Origin: an uncultured virus (IMG/VR IMGVR_UViG_2837005551_000004)
Taxonomy: Duplodnaviria > Heunggongvirae > Uroviricota > Caudoviricetes
Virus record (IMG/VR): IMGVR_UViG_2837005551_000004
Length of the DNA stretch: 64,000 bases
Reading direction: 5' to 3' (one strand)
Position 1 is the first letter of the stretch. Each line of letters opens with the position of its first letter. Both the position numbers and the translations under genes were made by a program. The notes beneath the pieces are model-generated. The model did no database searches. It was not told where the DNA came from and saw nothing but the letters and a program-made list of their open reading frames with translations. This document shows, piece by piece, positions 48,922 through 59,531 of the stretch.

Positions 48922-49641
48922 ATGGAAACCACCGCCAAAATATCCGTTCCCCTCTCGCTCCGCTTATCCGGAAGTGCGTTGAAGATTATCGCCATTCTCT
49001 CGATGGTGGCCGACCATTGCGCCTACTTCCTTATGGAGCCGGGCACTCCGATGTACGACTGTCTGCGATGCTTCGGCAGGATAGCGTTCCCTGTGTTCGC
49101 TTTCCTTGTCGCCGAGGGGTTCGCGCATAGCCGCGACCGCATGAGATATTTTCTGATACTATTGCTTGCCGGTGCAGTCAGTGAATTGCCGTGGTATCTG
49201 CTCAACGGAGCGGACGATACGCATAATGTCATGTTCACTCTCTCCCTCGGAGTTGTGGCACTCGCCATATTCGACCGTATGTGTGAACATGGGCCGCTGT
49301 CTTTCATCGGTATTGCAGGTATCGCTGTTCTGGCATGGTGGCTCGGAACGGATTATGACTGGCGCGGTGTTCTGATGATAGCAGTGTTCTACATCCTCCG
49401 GCACCAGACCATACGCCCGTGGTTGGAGCGTTCATCGACACATTTTCCCTCTCAGGCTATTCTTCAGATTATATTCACGTTTCCTTTGATGGCTCACTAC
49501 GGCATAGCCGGTGCGTTGCTCGCCTCCGGAATAATTTTCCTATATGACGGCACCCGCGGCTTCATAAGAAGCAAACCGGCCAAATACAGTTTCTACGCCA
49601 TATACCCGGCACATCTGATGTTAATTTGGTTATTGTATTGA
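48922..49641 (+). CDS. traX: TraX-family membrane acyltransferase
   Basis: LKIIAILSMVADH, GRIAFPVFAF..AEGF, FYAIYPAHL. Confidence 0.88.
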   Translation: METTAKISVPLSLRLSGSALKIIAILSMVADHCAYFLMEPGTPMYDCLRCFGRIAFPVFAFLVAEGFAHSRDRMRYFLILLLAGAVSELPWYLLNGADDTHNVMFTLSLGVVALAIFDRMCEHGPLSFIGIAGIAVLAWWLGTDYDWRGVLMIAVFYILRHQTIRPWLERSSTHFPSQAILQIIFTFPLMAHYGIAGALLASGIIFLYDGTRGFIRSKPAKYSFYAIYPAHLMLIWLLY

Positions 49642-49789
49642 TTAACTTATAGTAATTGTTAATATTATTAAGTGTTCTGACGGTAATTATGCAAAATTAC
49701 CATCATAACGCTATTGTCTTTATTTATATTATACCATGCAATCAATGAATAACGAGGATTATTATTTTGTACACGTCAAATAAAATCAT

Positions 49790-49890
49790 TACATTTGCAA
49801 CAAAAACGAGTAACTCTAACTCAGCAAAAAACGAGCAACACTAACTCAATAATCACGAGTAACAGTTACTCCATAAAAACGAGAATATCT
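49790..49890 (+). promoter_or_regulatory. fic promoter followed by four 24-25-bp repeats
   Basis: TACATTTG 49790-97; ACGAG units at 49806, 49831, 49855, 49879. Confidence 0.7.
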
Positions 49891-49914
49891 CCCAATCATA
49901 TAAATAATATCGTT

Positions 49915-51435
49915 ATGGCGACTATTGAACAGCTTATGGCTGACTCACTTGAACAGCTACATATTCTGCAACAACAGAATCCTAACCTTGTACTAAAAGG
50001 TACAGAACAGTTATCTCGCGTTCATCTTAAGCGATTATTGGATAATGGATGGTTGCAGGAGGTTATGAAAGGTTGGTACATACCTTCTCGTCCGGGCAGC
50101 GAGGGAGATACGACTGTATGGTACACATCATATTGGCATTTTATAAAAGCCTATCTCAATTCAAGATTTGATGATGATTGGATTCTGATGCCGGATCAAT
50201 CCCTTGATATTCTTTCAGGAAAGACTACTGTTCCAATACAATTGGTTATAAAGGCCCCCCAAGCATCTAACAATACAGTAAATTTACCTTATGGTCATTC
50301 CATCCTGTCTATCAAAAGTGAAATTCCTGCCGTTTCTTATGTTGAACCTCAATACGAATTAAGGCTTTATTCATTAGAGGAAGCCTTAATCTATGCTTCA
50401 CCGGCATATTTCGAGCGAGACGAGATTTCTGCCAGAACTTGTCTCTCGATGGTTAAAGATACGTCAGATGTTTTACGTTATCTTGTAGAGATTGGAGCGA
50501 CTACCCGCGCCGGTCGGCTGGCCGGAGCTTTCCGAAATAATGGTCAGGCTGATTTTGCAGATGAAATACTCAGGACAATGAAAGAATTTGGGTATAAGGT
50601 CATGGAGACAGACCCATTTATCTCAGTTCGCACAACTCCATATAGACCTGAAATATCGCCTTATGCAGCGAGAATACGGCAGATGTGGGCAAATATGCGT
50701 GAGCAGGTTATTGAAAATTTCCCTTTTAAGCCTGAAAATTCAGTTGATATGCAGAACTATATTCGCAATGTTGACGAAAAGTATCTGGAAGATGCATACC
50801 ATTCTCTTTCAATAGAAGGGTATCAGGTATCAAAGGAACTTATAGAGAAAGTACGTTCCGGGAACTGGCAACCGGATAAAGAAGATAAGGAGCATAAGCG
50901 TGCACTTGTAGCGCGTGGATATTATCAAGCGTTCAATGCTGTAAAGGAATCAATAAAGAAAATTCTTGAAGGCAACCACGCCGGTGATGTTGTCAGCAAT
51001 GATCATAGCCATTGGTATAGACAGATGTGGATGCCGTTTGTAACCACCGGTATTTTGAAAGCCTCGGACCTTATAGGCTATCGCAGGAGTCAAGTATATA
51101 TCAGAGGGTCTAAACATATTCCGCTAAACCCTGAGGCTGTCGCTGATACAATGCCGGTACTTTTTAATCTAATGTCTGAAGAACCGGACGCACGTGTTCG
51201 TGCAATACTTGGTCATTTCATATTTGTTTTCATACACCCTTATATGGATGGAAACGGGAGAATGGGCCGTTTTATACTTAATGCCATGCTCGCATCCGGT
51301 GGCTATCCCTGGACTATCGTCCCTGTGGAATTAAGAGCCGATTATATGAAGGCTCTTGAAAATGCCAGCGTTAACGGAGACATTTCACAATTCTCACAAG
51401 TTATCGCAAACCTTGTAAAAGCACAACTTAAATAA
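49915..51435 (+). CDS. Fic-domain protein
   Basis: HPYMDGNGRMGR; SLSIEG. Confidence 0.92.
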   Translation: MATIEQLMADSLEQLHILQQQNPNLVLKGTEQLSRVHLKRLLDNGWLQEVMKGWYIPSRPGSEGDTTVWYTSYWHFIKAYLNSRFDDDWILMPDQSLDILSGKTTVPIQLVIKAPQASNNTVNLPYGHSILSIKSEIPAVSYVEPQYELRLYSLEEALIYASPAYFERDEISARTCLSMVKDTSDVLRYLVEIGATTRAGRLAGAFRNNGQADFADEILRTMKEFGYKVMETDPFISVRTTPYRPEISPYAARIRQMWANMREQVIENFPFKPENSVDMQNYIRNVDEKYLEDAYHSLSIEGYQVSKELIEKVRSGNWQPDKEDKEHKRALVARGYYQAFNAVKESIKKILEGNHAGDVVSNDHSHWYRQMWMPFVTTGILKASDLIGYRRSQVYIRGSKHIPLNPEAVADTMPVLFNLMSEEPDARVRAILGHFIFVFIHPYMDGNGRMGRFILNAMLASGGYPWTIVPVELRADYMKALENASVNGDISQFSQVIANLVKAQLK

Positions 51436-51454
51436 CAGGTTATCAGAATAACTC

Positions 51455-51484
51455 ACAAAGGCAACCAAAAGTGGTTGCCTTTGT
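51455..51484. terminator. Bidirectional terminator hairpin, intron target
   Basis: ACAAAGGCAACCA-AAAG-TGGTTGCCTTTGT. Confidence 0.85.
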
Positions 51485-51491
51485 CATTTTA

Positions 51492-52153
51492 GTTCGCCCG
51501 ACATGGGCATAATCTAACGGGTGCAAGTCCCTAACGCGGCCTAATAGCGGCAAGCGTACAGCCAAAGACAAGCTGCCAATGGCGACATTGGGTGTGAAGG
51601 AAGTCAGCGGCAAAGCACTGGCCTGACGTACAGAAACTTGATATCAAGGCGTTTGCTCGTGGGTAAGACTGCTAAAGAAGTCAAAGCCCGATAGCTATTC
51701 GGAACGAGTGGCGTAAATCAAGCAGGTATAAGTGTCAAAGATTATGCTCTTAATCGGGGAGGTCTCACGGACGCAGTTGCGACCCAATTACTCAAAACTG
51801 CGGAGTAAAGCTTGCCGTGAGAAGTCAGCAGAGGTCATAGTACCGAACCACGGGTTGGTTTGGGAAGGACTGAACCGTGCAGTCAAGCAGTAACTGATGG
51901 TTTGGTTAAAGGTCTTTAGTAGTCAGATGTCCGAAGAGGAGCTAACTGCCGGACGATAGGTCGGAAACCGACAATAGGCAGAAGTGACGATACCTTAATT
52001 GCGCCAAAGACAACGCGAGACACCGAGTCGAGAATAAACAAAGTCGGTAAAGCACGGAACCGCCGTATGCGGAACCGCTTGTACGGTGGTGTGAGAGGAC
52101 AAGTGAACACGAAAGAGGTGAACACCTCAATTAGTGTTCACCTCCTACTCGAT
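51492..52153 (+). mobile_element. ORF-less group IIC intron
   Basis: 5' GTTCGCCCGACATGGG; GAGAAGTCAGCAGAGGTCATAGTA; domain V GAACCGCCGTATGCG..CGCTTGTACGGTGGTGTGAGAGG; 3' CCTACTCGAT; no RT ORF. Confidence 0.9.
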
Positions 52154-52771
52154 TAGTTGTCGAAGCACCCTAATCACGGCACGGATATAGCCCGGATCTT
52201 CAGCGTAGCCAATCTTTTTCAGCCACAGCAGATAATTTCCTCCCTTATATTGGTACTGTACTTTTGTGTAGTATGCTTTGACAGATTCAGTCCAGTGGTT
52301 AAACTCATAGTATTTGCCTGTGCGTGGATTGGTAAGCCCGAAAAGGTTGTGCTTGTTTCGGCAGACCGGGGATTTGAACCAACCTGTTTCAAGTATTGCC
52401 TGTGCCAATACTATCTTTGGATATTTTATGCCGTTCTTTTCAATCTCGGCAATCAGGTTTGGAATGGTCAGATCCGGTAGTCCGGAACTGACGGGTGCTT
52501 GCTGGAAATGTGACTTTGATGTGGTGACAATGCTTGCAGATAGCGTTTGTGGCATATTTTTTACGCCAATAACCGTCTCCGGGATTGATGATATTTGAGG
52601 CGTTGCGCTATCACTCTTATTGTCAGTGCTATATACTTCTCTCTTGTGCATTTCAACCGTCACAGGAGAATCTTTTGTGACGGTGTAAAACTGGGCTGCG
52701 GCATACTGTGAACAGAAAACTGCACAAGCCATCGCAACAAAAATGTTCGGAATTTCAAATTTAGCAATCAT
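52145..52771 (-). CDS. Glucosaminidase (GH73) peptidoglycan hydrolase
   Basis: AQAILETGW, HNLFG, GYAEDPGY. Confidence 0.88.
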   Translation of the reverse strand: MIAKFEIPNIFVAMACAVFCSQYAAAQFYTVTKDSPVTVEMHKREVYSTDNKSDSATPQISSIPETVIGVKNMPQTLSASIVTTSKSHFQQAPVSSGLPDLTIPNLIAEIEKNGIKYPKIVLAQAILETGWFKSPVCRNKHNLFGLTNPRTGKYYEFNHWTESVKAYYTKVQYQYKGGNYLLWLKKIGYAEDPGYIRAVIRVLRQLIE

Positions 52772-52835
52772 GTGGGGATAATTTTGAGGCCGACAAGCGG
52801 TTACGCCGCAAATTTATAACCTCTAATTCATTGAC

Positions 52836-53621
52836 ATGGAAATTCCGAACAAAAATCAGCAGGACACGCTCCCTTATGAAAAACTCGCCCTTTTGGGTAT
52901 CGACAGGGAGAAAGCTGATATGCTTCCGCAGGACGTGAAGCAAAAACTGATGCAGGGGGAGGTCACGCCTCTTTTGCAGGTGTCTATCGACACCGGGAAT
53001 GGCATGGTTATCTCATTACCCCTCAAACTCCAGCTCGCCGCCGACAAGGACGGCAACCCCACGCTGATCGCATATCCCGTGCAGCGTGAACTGTCTGTTG
53101 ACAGAAACAACGAGCTTCGCCTGTCGCAACAGGAACTTGACGCACTGCGCCGTGGCGACGTGTTGCAGAAAGCCATCGACATCAACGGCGAGAAGACTCA
53201 GCAGTATCTCCAGCTCGACCCGGAAACGAAGTCAATCATCCACCGCCGCATAACCGAGGTGCAGATTGAGCAAAAGTTGAAGGACATGGAAAAGGTCAAC
53301 GACATCGAGCTTGGCTCCCAACAGAAACAGCAGGCACGCGAAGGCAAACCGGTGGAACTGTCGGTAGGCGGCGAAAAGGTATCGGTTGGCATCGACCTCA
53401 AGGAACCTCAGGGCTTCAAGATCGTAAAAGGCGACCTCAAGGAGTGGGAGCGTCAGCAGAAATTCCGTTATGACGAGCAGCACCCCGAATATCTCGGTCT
53501 GGTAATGACCGACAAGAACCGCTGGGAGTACCGGAAAGTTGTCGAGCATGACTCTAAGGAACGTGCCATCAGCCTCGACCCCACGCAGAAAGAGGAACGC
53601 AAATCCGGTCTCAAACGCTGA
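52836..53621 (+). CDS. DUF4099-like ICE protein
   Basis: LPYEKLALLGID...L..G.VTPLL. Confidence 0.7.
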   Translation: MEIPNKNQQDTLPYEKLALLGIDREKADMLPQDVKQKLMQGEVTPLLQVSIDTGNGMVISLPLKLQLAADKDGNPTLIAYPVQRELSVDRNNELRLSQQELDALRRGDVLQKAIDINGEKTQQYLQLDPETKSIIHRRITEVQIEQKLKDMEKVNDIELGSQQKQQAREGKPVELSVGGEKVSVGIDLKEPQGFKIVKGDLKEWERQQKFRYDEQHPEYLGLVMTDKNRWEYRKVVEHDSKERAISLDPTQKEERKSGLKR

Positions 53622-53626
53622 CGCAC

Positions 53627-54898
53627 ATGGCAGCTTCAAGAAAAAAAGAGCCGGGCCAACTCTCCGTAATGGATCAGTTCGACCGCATGAAAGAGAAACA
53701 CCCCGACGCCTTGCTACTTTTCCGCACCGGCAGCACATACGAAATCTACCGTCAGGACGCGAAAAAGGTGTCGGAAATTCTCGGTACACCAGTCTCCACG
53801 CGTACAGTCGGCAAAGAAAAGAATGTCGATGTGGCATCTTTCCCACATGAAGCACTCGACACTTATCTGCCACGGCTTGTAAGAGCCGGAATGAGAGTGG
53901 CTATATGCGAGCAGCTTGAAGAACCCAAGCAGAAGAAAAAGGAGCAGGAGGCGAAGCACGGGGAGACTACATCACAACAACCCATTAACAAAGAATCCGA
54001 TATGCCAAGAAAAAAGAAAGAGAAGACTCCCCAGGAGGAGCCTGTAAAGACCACAAAGAGCGCGGTCGATGAAACGACCCCGAAAGAGAAGAAATCAGAA
54101 TCCCAATCCGCCACCCAGGGCGAAGCCGCCGAGCGCAAGCCCCGTGAGCCTCAGATGGTGACGGTCAACGGCGACAAGGTGACACACGGCCATGCCTACC
54201 AGAGCAAGACCAACCCGGAGGACTGGTATTTCACAGCCAAAATCAACGGCGAACAACTGAAGCCTCAGAAGATGGATCCGGCCGACCTCGCCGCCTATCA
54301 GCAGAAAGAACTCACGGTGCCGCAGCTCATGGAACGCTACTATCCCACCAAACTCATGCCGAGGGTGCCCGATGTCTCCTATCAGGTGGCGAATGTGCTG
54401 CCCGGCCCCGAGGGCAACCTGACTATCGACAAGTTCAATGTCTATAAGGAGACCGACGAGACCCGCGCTGACTACGGCAAATATAAGTTCTACGCACAGG
54501 TTGGAGACAAGAAGATGTCAACAACCGCCTCACGCGAGGACCTGAACGCATACTTTGACCGTGTGGCAACTCCCGGACAGCTTGTGGAGCGCAACTTCGG
54601 CGACCGTCTTCACCTGCAATCCCACTACGAGCAGTTCAGGCTCCCGGAGGGCATCGACCCCAAGGGTATCCGTGTCGCAAAGGATAAGGAGGACAACAAG
54701 TGGAAAGTGTCGGTTGACCTCGGCGAAGGGCGCGGACGCTCTTCCCGTCAGGAAATCTCCTTCGATGATGGCTACTCGCTCTTCAAGACCAAGACCGCCA
54801 CACGCGAGCAGATAGCCGCGAAATACCTTAACGATGAGATAGGCACAAAACTCGCCGCTCCGCTCTCTATGGAGAAATCAGCCTCCATGAAAATGTAA
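53627..54898 (+). CDS. MutS domain-I fusion protein
   Basis: KEKHPDALLLFR.G..YE...DA...FP..ALDTYLPRLVRAGMRVAICEQ. Confidence 0.8.
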   Translation: MAASRKKEPGQLSVMDQFDRMKEKHPDALLLFRTGSTYEIYRQDAKKVSEILGTPVSTRTVGKEKNVDVASFPHEALDTYLPRLVRAGMRVAICEQLEEPKQKKKEQEAKHGETTSQQPINKESDMPRKKKEKTPQEEPVKTTKSAVDETTPKEKKSESQSATQGEAAERKPREPQMVTVNGDKVTHGHAYQSKTNPEDWYFTAKINGEQLKPQKMDPADLAAYQQKELTVPQLMERYYPTKLMPRVPDVSYQVANVLPGPEGNLTIDKFNVYKETDETRADYGKYKFYAQVGDKKMSTTASREDLNAYFDRVATPGQLVERNFGDRLHLQSHYEQFRLPEGIDPKGIRVAKDKEDNKWKVSVDLGEGRGRSSRQEISFDDGYSLFKTKTATREQIAAKYLNDEIGTKLAAPLSMEKSASMKM

Positions 54899-54933
54899 AA
54901 CCGTTTCCCAACAACACTTAAAAGAATACCACT

Positions 54934-55161
54934 ATGGCAAAATTAGAATATGACGAGCTTGTGCAGCTCCTTCAGGACGGCAACATCGGCTTCCTCCGCT
55001 TCATGCTTGAAAGCGACAACGCGGAGTCCTACCTCGAATGGTGCGGGCTTCACGGCATCGAACCCTCGGAGGAATCCGCCGAGTTCTATTACGATGAGAC
55101 CGAGATCGACATGCTGGAACGTCAGCTGATAGACGACGAGGATTATGGCATCTGGAACTAA
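54934..55161 (+). CDS. Small acidic protein
   Basis: Very Asp/Glu-rich 75 aa, overlaps ardC start. Confidence 0.65.
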   Translation: MAKLEYDELVQLLQDGNIGFLRFMLESDNAESYLEWCGLHGIEPSEESAEFYYDETEIDMLERQLIDDEDYGIWN

Positions 55162-56467
55162 CGGCGCGTCCAACAGTTCAGGCCAGCAGGCTCTCGACCG
55201 CTTCGCCCAGATGATGATCGAGCGTATGGAGCGGATGAAGGGCTCAGACTGGGAGAAGGGCTGGATTGGCGGAGCCTCCTCCGCCGGACTGCCCCAGAAC
55301 ATCATGGGCCGCAACTACTCCGGCTCAAACTCCTTTTTCCTCCAGCTGCACACGGCGGCGCAAGGCTACGAGCTTCCCGTGTTCCTCACATTCAAGCAGG
55401 CACACAACTTCAAGGCCCATGTCCTCAAAGGAGAGAAAGCCTTTCCGGTGATTTACTGGGACATGATGGTGCGGGACAAGGACGGCAAGAGAATATCCTC
55501 CGACGAGTACCGCGCCATGAGCCGTGACGAGCGGAAAAATCTTGACGTGATACCCTTTGTCAAGGCGTTCCCTGTTTACAACATCGACCAGACCAATTTC
55601 CGTGAGGCACAGCCTGAGAGGGTGCAGAAACTTCTCGACCGCTTCAAGGTGCCTGAAATGCGCGACACACAGGGTATGTACGCCCACGGCGCACTCGACC
55701 GCATGGTTGCCGAACAGACATGGCTCTGTCCCATACAGGCCGACCGCAAGGAGAAAGGCGCGTACTATTCCCCCTCGCGTGATATTGTCGTGCTTCCCAT
55801 GAAGCAGCAGTTCAACAAGGGCGCGACTCCAGAGGACATATACCGCGACGGCATGGAGTTCTACTCGACAATGCTACACGAAATGACGCACTCCACCATG
55901 ACACCCGAAAGACTCAACCGCGAGGCGGGCGCAAAGTTCGGTGACCCGAAATATGCGAAAGAGGAACTGGTGGCCGAGCTTACAGCGGCCATGATAAGCC
56001 ACTCCATGGGCTTCGACTCCAAAGTCACCGACAACTCGGCGGCCTACCTCGATTCATGGATTGGGGCACTCCGGCAGGAGCCGAAGTTCATCGTGTCCGT
56101 GATGGCCGATGTCAACAAGGCTTCGGAAATGATACTCGACCGGGTGGACGCTCAGCGCATATCGCTCGGCGAACAGCCTTATCTGGCTAAGAACGACCCT
56201 CTGATGGCTCCTTTGGAGGACGAGATATGCCCGTTCAGGAACGCCGCCATAATCAAGACCCGCTCAGGCGACTTCGCCCTGCGTGCCTCATACAACGGCG
56301 TCGATCTCGGCATGAAGCCCATCGAGCGTTCAACCGCGAGAATGTATTTCCAGCTTACCGACCAACGCGAGAAAGATATATTCCTCGGAAGCGCGATACG
56401 CAAGAATTATGAATCGGAGATAGCCGGCATCGACCGCCGCGCCTCCAAGTCACTCTCAATCGTCTGA
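55145..56467 (+). CDS. ardC: ArdC-like ssDNA-binding protein with zincin domain
   Basis: GRNYSGSN, FLTFKQA, VLKGEK, HEMTHST, YAKEELVAEL. Confidence 0.88.
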   Translation: MASGTNGASNSSGQQALDRFAQMMIERMERMKGSDWEKGWIGGASSAGLPQNIMGRNYSGSNSFFLQLHTAAQGYELPVFLTFKQAHNFKAHVLKGEKAFPVIYWDMMVRDKDGKRISSDEYRAMSRDERKNLDVIPFVKAFPVYNIDQTNFREAQPERVQKLLDRFKVPEMRDTQGMYAHGALDRMVAEQTWLCPIQADRKEKGAYYSPSRDIVVLPMKQQFNKGATPEDIYRDGMEFYSTMLHEMTHSTMTPERLNREAGAKFGDPKYAKEELVAELTAAMISHSMGFDSKVTDNSAAYLDSWIGALRQEPKFIVSVMADVNKASEMILDRVDAQRISLGEQPYLAKNDPLMAPLEDEICPFRNAAIIKTRSGDFALRASYNGVDLGMKPIERSTARMYFQLTDQREKDIFLGSAIRKNYESEIAGIDRRASKSLSIV

Positions 56468-56471
56468 AGCT

Positions 56472-57662
56472 ATGGCACCGGCTGACTATAAGATCAAGTT
56501 CAAGGAACTTAAATCGCGTGTGGGTATTGATGATGTCGCCTATTCGCTCGGCTACCGCCTCGACCGCAAGGCAGGTGTGGGCCGGTACATCGAGCTTGTG
56601 CTGGGCGAGGGACGCGACAAGCGCGACACCATCATCGTCAGCAACCGCCGCGACAAGGCTTCGCAGACTTTCTTCCGGCGGGACGGCTCAAAGGGTGACG
56701 TGGTGTCGTTCATACGCGAGAATCTTTCGTCGTTCAATGTCATCGGGCTTACCGAATGGCAGAAGATAGCGAAAGTGATGGCGCAGTTCGCCAATATGCC
56801 GGAGCCGGATTATGACCGCGACCGGGATTATGTACGCTCGGCATCCGCGCCTCAGGTGTTCGACCCTTCGCGTTACCGTGTCAAGGATCTGGACGCGGCC
56901 AATATCCCCCGGCTGTTCGCACAGCGTGGATTGTCGGCAGATACGGTCAAGGCTCTCGCCCCGTTTATTTCCCTTGTGTCCGACAGGCGCAACGAGAATT
57001 TCAACGGCTACAACATCGGCTTCCCCTACACGGAAGCCGGGAGCGACAAGACTGTGGGATATGAGATCCGCGGCATGGGCGGCTACAAATCAAAGGCCGC
57101 CGGCACCAATTCTTCCACGGCGGCATGGGTTGCCGACCTGTCGCACGGCAACAACGGCCTCGTGCGTCATGTGTTCTTCTGTGAATCCGCCTTTGACGCT
57201 ATGGCTTTCTTCCAGATGAACCGTCCACGGTTAGGCGAGGACTTCGCCCTTGTCTCCCTCGGCGGCACGTTCTCCGACCGTCAGGTACTGGGCGTGATGG
57301 AGCGTTTTCCAAACGCCCGTGCATACGACTGCTTCGACAACGACCTTGCCGGACGCATCAACGGACTCCGCCTCATGGCTCTTGTCGAGGATATTCCGCT
57401 GAAAATCACCAAGACGCCGGAGGGCTTAATGGTGGAGGCCAAAGGCAAGAGTTTTCCGGTGTCGCCCGACCGCTCCGCCTACACCCAGTTTGAACCGCAT
57501 ATCTCCGTACGTTACCGCATGGGGCAGTGGCAGCCGCCTAAGGACTTCAAGGACTGGAACGACTGCCTGCTGGGTAAACGCTCCTCAATCAAGATACTCC
57601 CTACCAAACATGACCGTGACGATAACCTCGCCGAGCAACGCGCCTCCGGCTTAAAAATATGA
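56472..57662 (+). CDS. Toprim/primase-like protein
   Basis: FCESAFDAMAF, CFDNDLAG, KDWND. Confidence 0.85.
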   Translation: MAPADYKIKFKELKSRVGIDDVAYSLGYRLDRKAGVGRYIELVLGEGRDKRDTIIVSNRRDKASQTFFRRDGSKGDVVSFIRENLSSFNVIGLTEWQKIAKVMAQFANMPEPDYDRDRDYVRSASAPQVFDPSRYRVKDLDAANIPRLFAQRGLSADTVKALAPFISLVSDRRNENFNGYNIGFPYTEAGSDKTVGYEIRGMGGYKSKAAGTNSSTAAWVADLSHGNNGLVRHVFFCESAFDAMAFFQMNRPRLGEDFALVSLGGTFSDRQVLGVMERFPNARAYDCFDNDLAGRINGLRLMALVEDIPLKITKTPEGLMVEAKGKSFPVSPDRSAYTQFEPHISVRYRMGQWQPPKDFKDWNDCLLGKRSSIKILPTKHDRDDNLAEQRASGLKI

Positions 57663-57669
57663 CTGACCG

Positions 57670-58404
57670 ATGAAGACTATCAAACTGAAAACAGCCCTGC
57701 TCGCACTATCCCTCCTTGTCATTCCGGGAGCGGACATGATGGCGCAACAGACCGACCCGACGCTCACGGCGGCGGTGATAGCGCAGACTGTGGAGCTTAA
57801 CAATATCCACAAGAAGCGCAAGTCAACCCAGGAGAAGATCATCGCGGCTGAAGCCGCCGTGACAGTAGCCCTCGACCGCGTTCACTCCGTCGAGAACAAG
57901 ATGCTTGAGTATCTTTCCAACGCCCAGGGTGCCATGCAGAATCTCTACCAGATAAAGCGTGCCGGTGAACTGGTGCTTACGGAGATACCCAAGAACTGCG
58001 ACCTGTTGCGTAAATCAGTGCCGGGACACCTTAAAGGTACGGCCATAGCGGTGCTGGTGTCCGACGAGCTTACTGACGCGGCCGCACAGATGGCGGCTCT
58101 ATATCCCTTCATGCAACAGCTTGTCACGTCGGGTAGCTACACTGTCACAGGCTCAGATGGCAAAAAGGAGAAGCACAAGGTCAATCTGCTCAACTCCGCC
58201 GAGCGGTACTATGTGGCAAACGAGGTGGTGACACGTCTGGAGACAATCAACACCGACCTGTGGCTGCTGGCGTGGCAGATACGCACTCTCTCATGGAACG
58301 ACCTGTGGTTCTCGCTCGACCCCGACGGCTGGGCCTCGGTAATGTCGGGAAAGGCTATCGCGGAGACTCTTGTGTGGGAGTGGAACACGATAAATTACAG
58401 ATAA
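57670..58404 (+). CDS. Secreted helical conjugation protein
   Basis: Signal peptide, coiled coil. Confidence 0.55.
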   Translation: MKTIKLKTALLALSLLVIPGADMMAQQTDPTLTAAVIAQTVELNNIHKKRKSTQEKIIAAEAAVTVALDRVHSVENKMLEYLSNAQGAMQNLYQIKRAGELVLTEIPKNCDLLRKSVPGHLKGTAIAVLVSDELTDAAAQMAALYPFMQQLVTSGSYTVTGSDGKKEKHKVNLLNSAERYYVANEVVTRLETINTDLWLLAWQIRTLSWNDLWFSLDPDGWASVMSGKAIAETLVWEWNTINYR

Positions 58405-58428
58405 AGAACTATCAACAACATTTTCTAC

Positions 58429-58974
58429 ATGGATACAGAAACAAAGATTATCGGCCGTTGCCCTGTGTGCGGCGGCAATGTGGTGAAGACCTGCAAGGGT
58501 TACCGCTGTGAGAACAACACCGGGGAGGACGGCAAGTGCGGACTCTTCATCAACGGGGTTATCGGCAACCGCAAGATGGCAGATGCCGAGGTCGCGGAAC
58601 TGCTGGAGAAGCGTAGCATACTGCTCGATGGCTTCGCCACGAAGGAGTGGAAGACTTTTCCGACCGTGCTTGTCATGTCGGCTGACGGATCTATCACAAT
58701 GGAGTCGGTGGTGGCACGCTGCCCCCGTTGCGGCGGCGAGATCCGCGTGGGCGCAAAGGCGTTCAACTGCTCCAACTACCGGCAGGAGGGAAGCCCCTGC
58801 GACTTCGTGATATGGCGAAATATCGCCGGCCACCTCATGACGCTCGATGAAGTACGCGAGATATGTGCCGATGGTGTCACATCCCACGAGGTCGAGATGT
58901 TCGGCGAGAATGGCTCTGTCTATCGCCGCAAACTCGGCTTATCTCCCGACAAACTAAAAGTCATAAAGGTATGA
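58429..58974 (+). CDS. Stand-alone topoisomerase III C-terminal zinc-ribbon repeats
   Basis: Two CPxCGG...C units, CDFVIW. Confidence 0.8.
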   Translation: MDTETKIIGRCPVCGGNVVKTCKGYRCENNTGEDGKCGLFINGVIGNRKMADAEVAELLEKRSILLDGFATKEWKTFPTVLVMSADGSITMESVVARCPRCGGEIRVGAKAFNCSNYRQEGSPCDFVIWRNIAGHLMTLDEVREICADGVTSHEVEMFGENGSVYRRKLGLSPDKLKVIKV

Positions 58975-59510
58975 AGCCGGGAACGAAACTTGCCATACTG
59001 CTCATAAGCTGTGTGGCTATGTGGGGCGGCATAGGATATGCGTTCCATTACTTCGGCCAGCCGTCGAAACGGGCGCAGTCGGTGGCGGAGAAGGCACTGA
59101 TGGCTTCGGTGGATAATCCGGAATCGGTAAAGGTCATAGCGGTCAGCAAGCCTGACAGTGTGTTCGGCCGCAACTACATCAACAACGACGAGAAAATGGC
59201 GATAGCCATGTCGATGATGAAAGTCAACGAACAGGTCATGTCCCGGACAGACGGCCTTCAGAACCTCGATTTTGAGGACAACGCCGTTTCCGAGCTTGTC
59301 AGCCGCCAGATGTCGGCGATGTCCGCTCTCCGCTCGATGGTAGGCTTCGAGACACCAGACGCTCCACGCAAGCCGTTCTCCGGCTGGAAAGTGAAGATAG
59401 AGTATGAGGCTATTTCGGAAAGCGGCTCTCCCTATCGCTCGGAATACTGGTTTATCCTCGACCACGACGCACAGTGTGTCGTCAACTCTTTTGAAATACC
59501 TCTTTTATAA
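58971..59510 (+). CDS. Membrane-anchored hypothetical protein
   Basis: N-terminal TM. Confidence 0.65.
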   Translation: MKPGTKLAILLISCVAMWGGIGYAFHYFGQPSKRAQSVAEKALMASVDNPESVKVIAVSKPDSVFGRNYINNDEKMAIAMSMMKVNEQVMSRTDGLQNLDFEDNAVSELVSRQMSAMSALRSMVGFETPDAPRKPFSGWKVKIEYEAISESGSPYRSEYWFILDHDAQCVVNSFEIPLL

Positions 59511-59531
59511 ATCCCTAAACTGAATACATCG

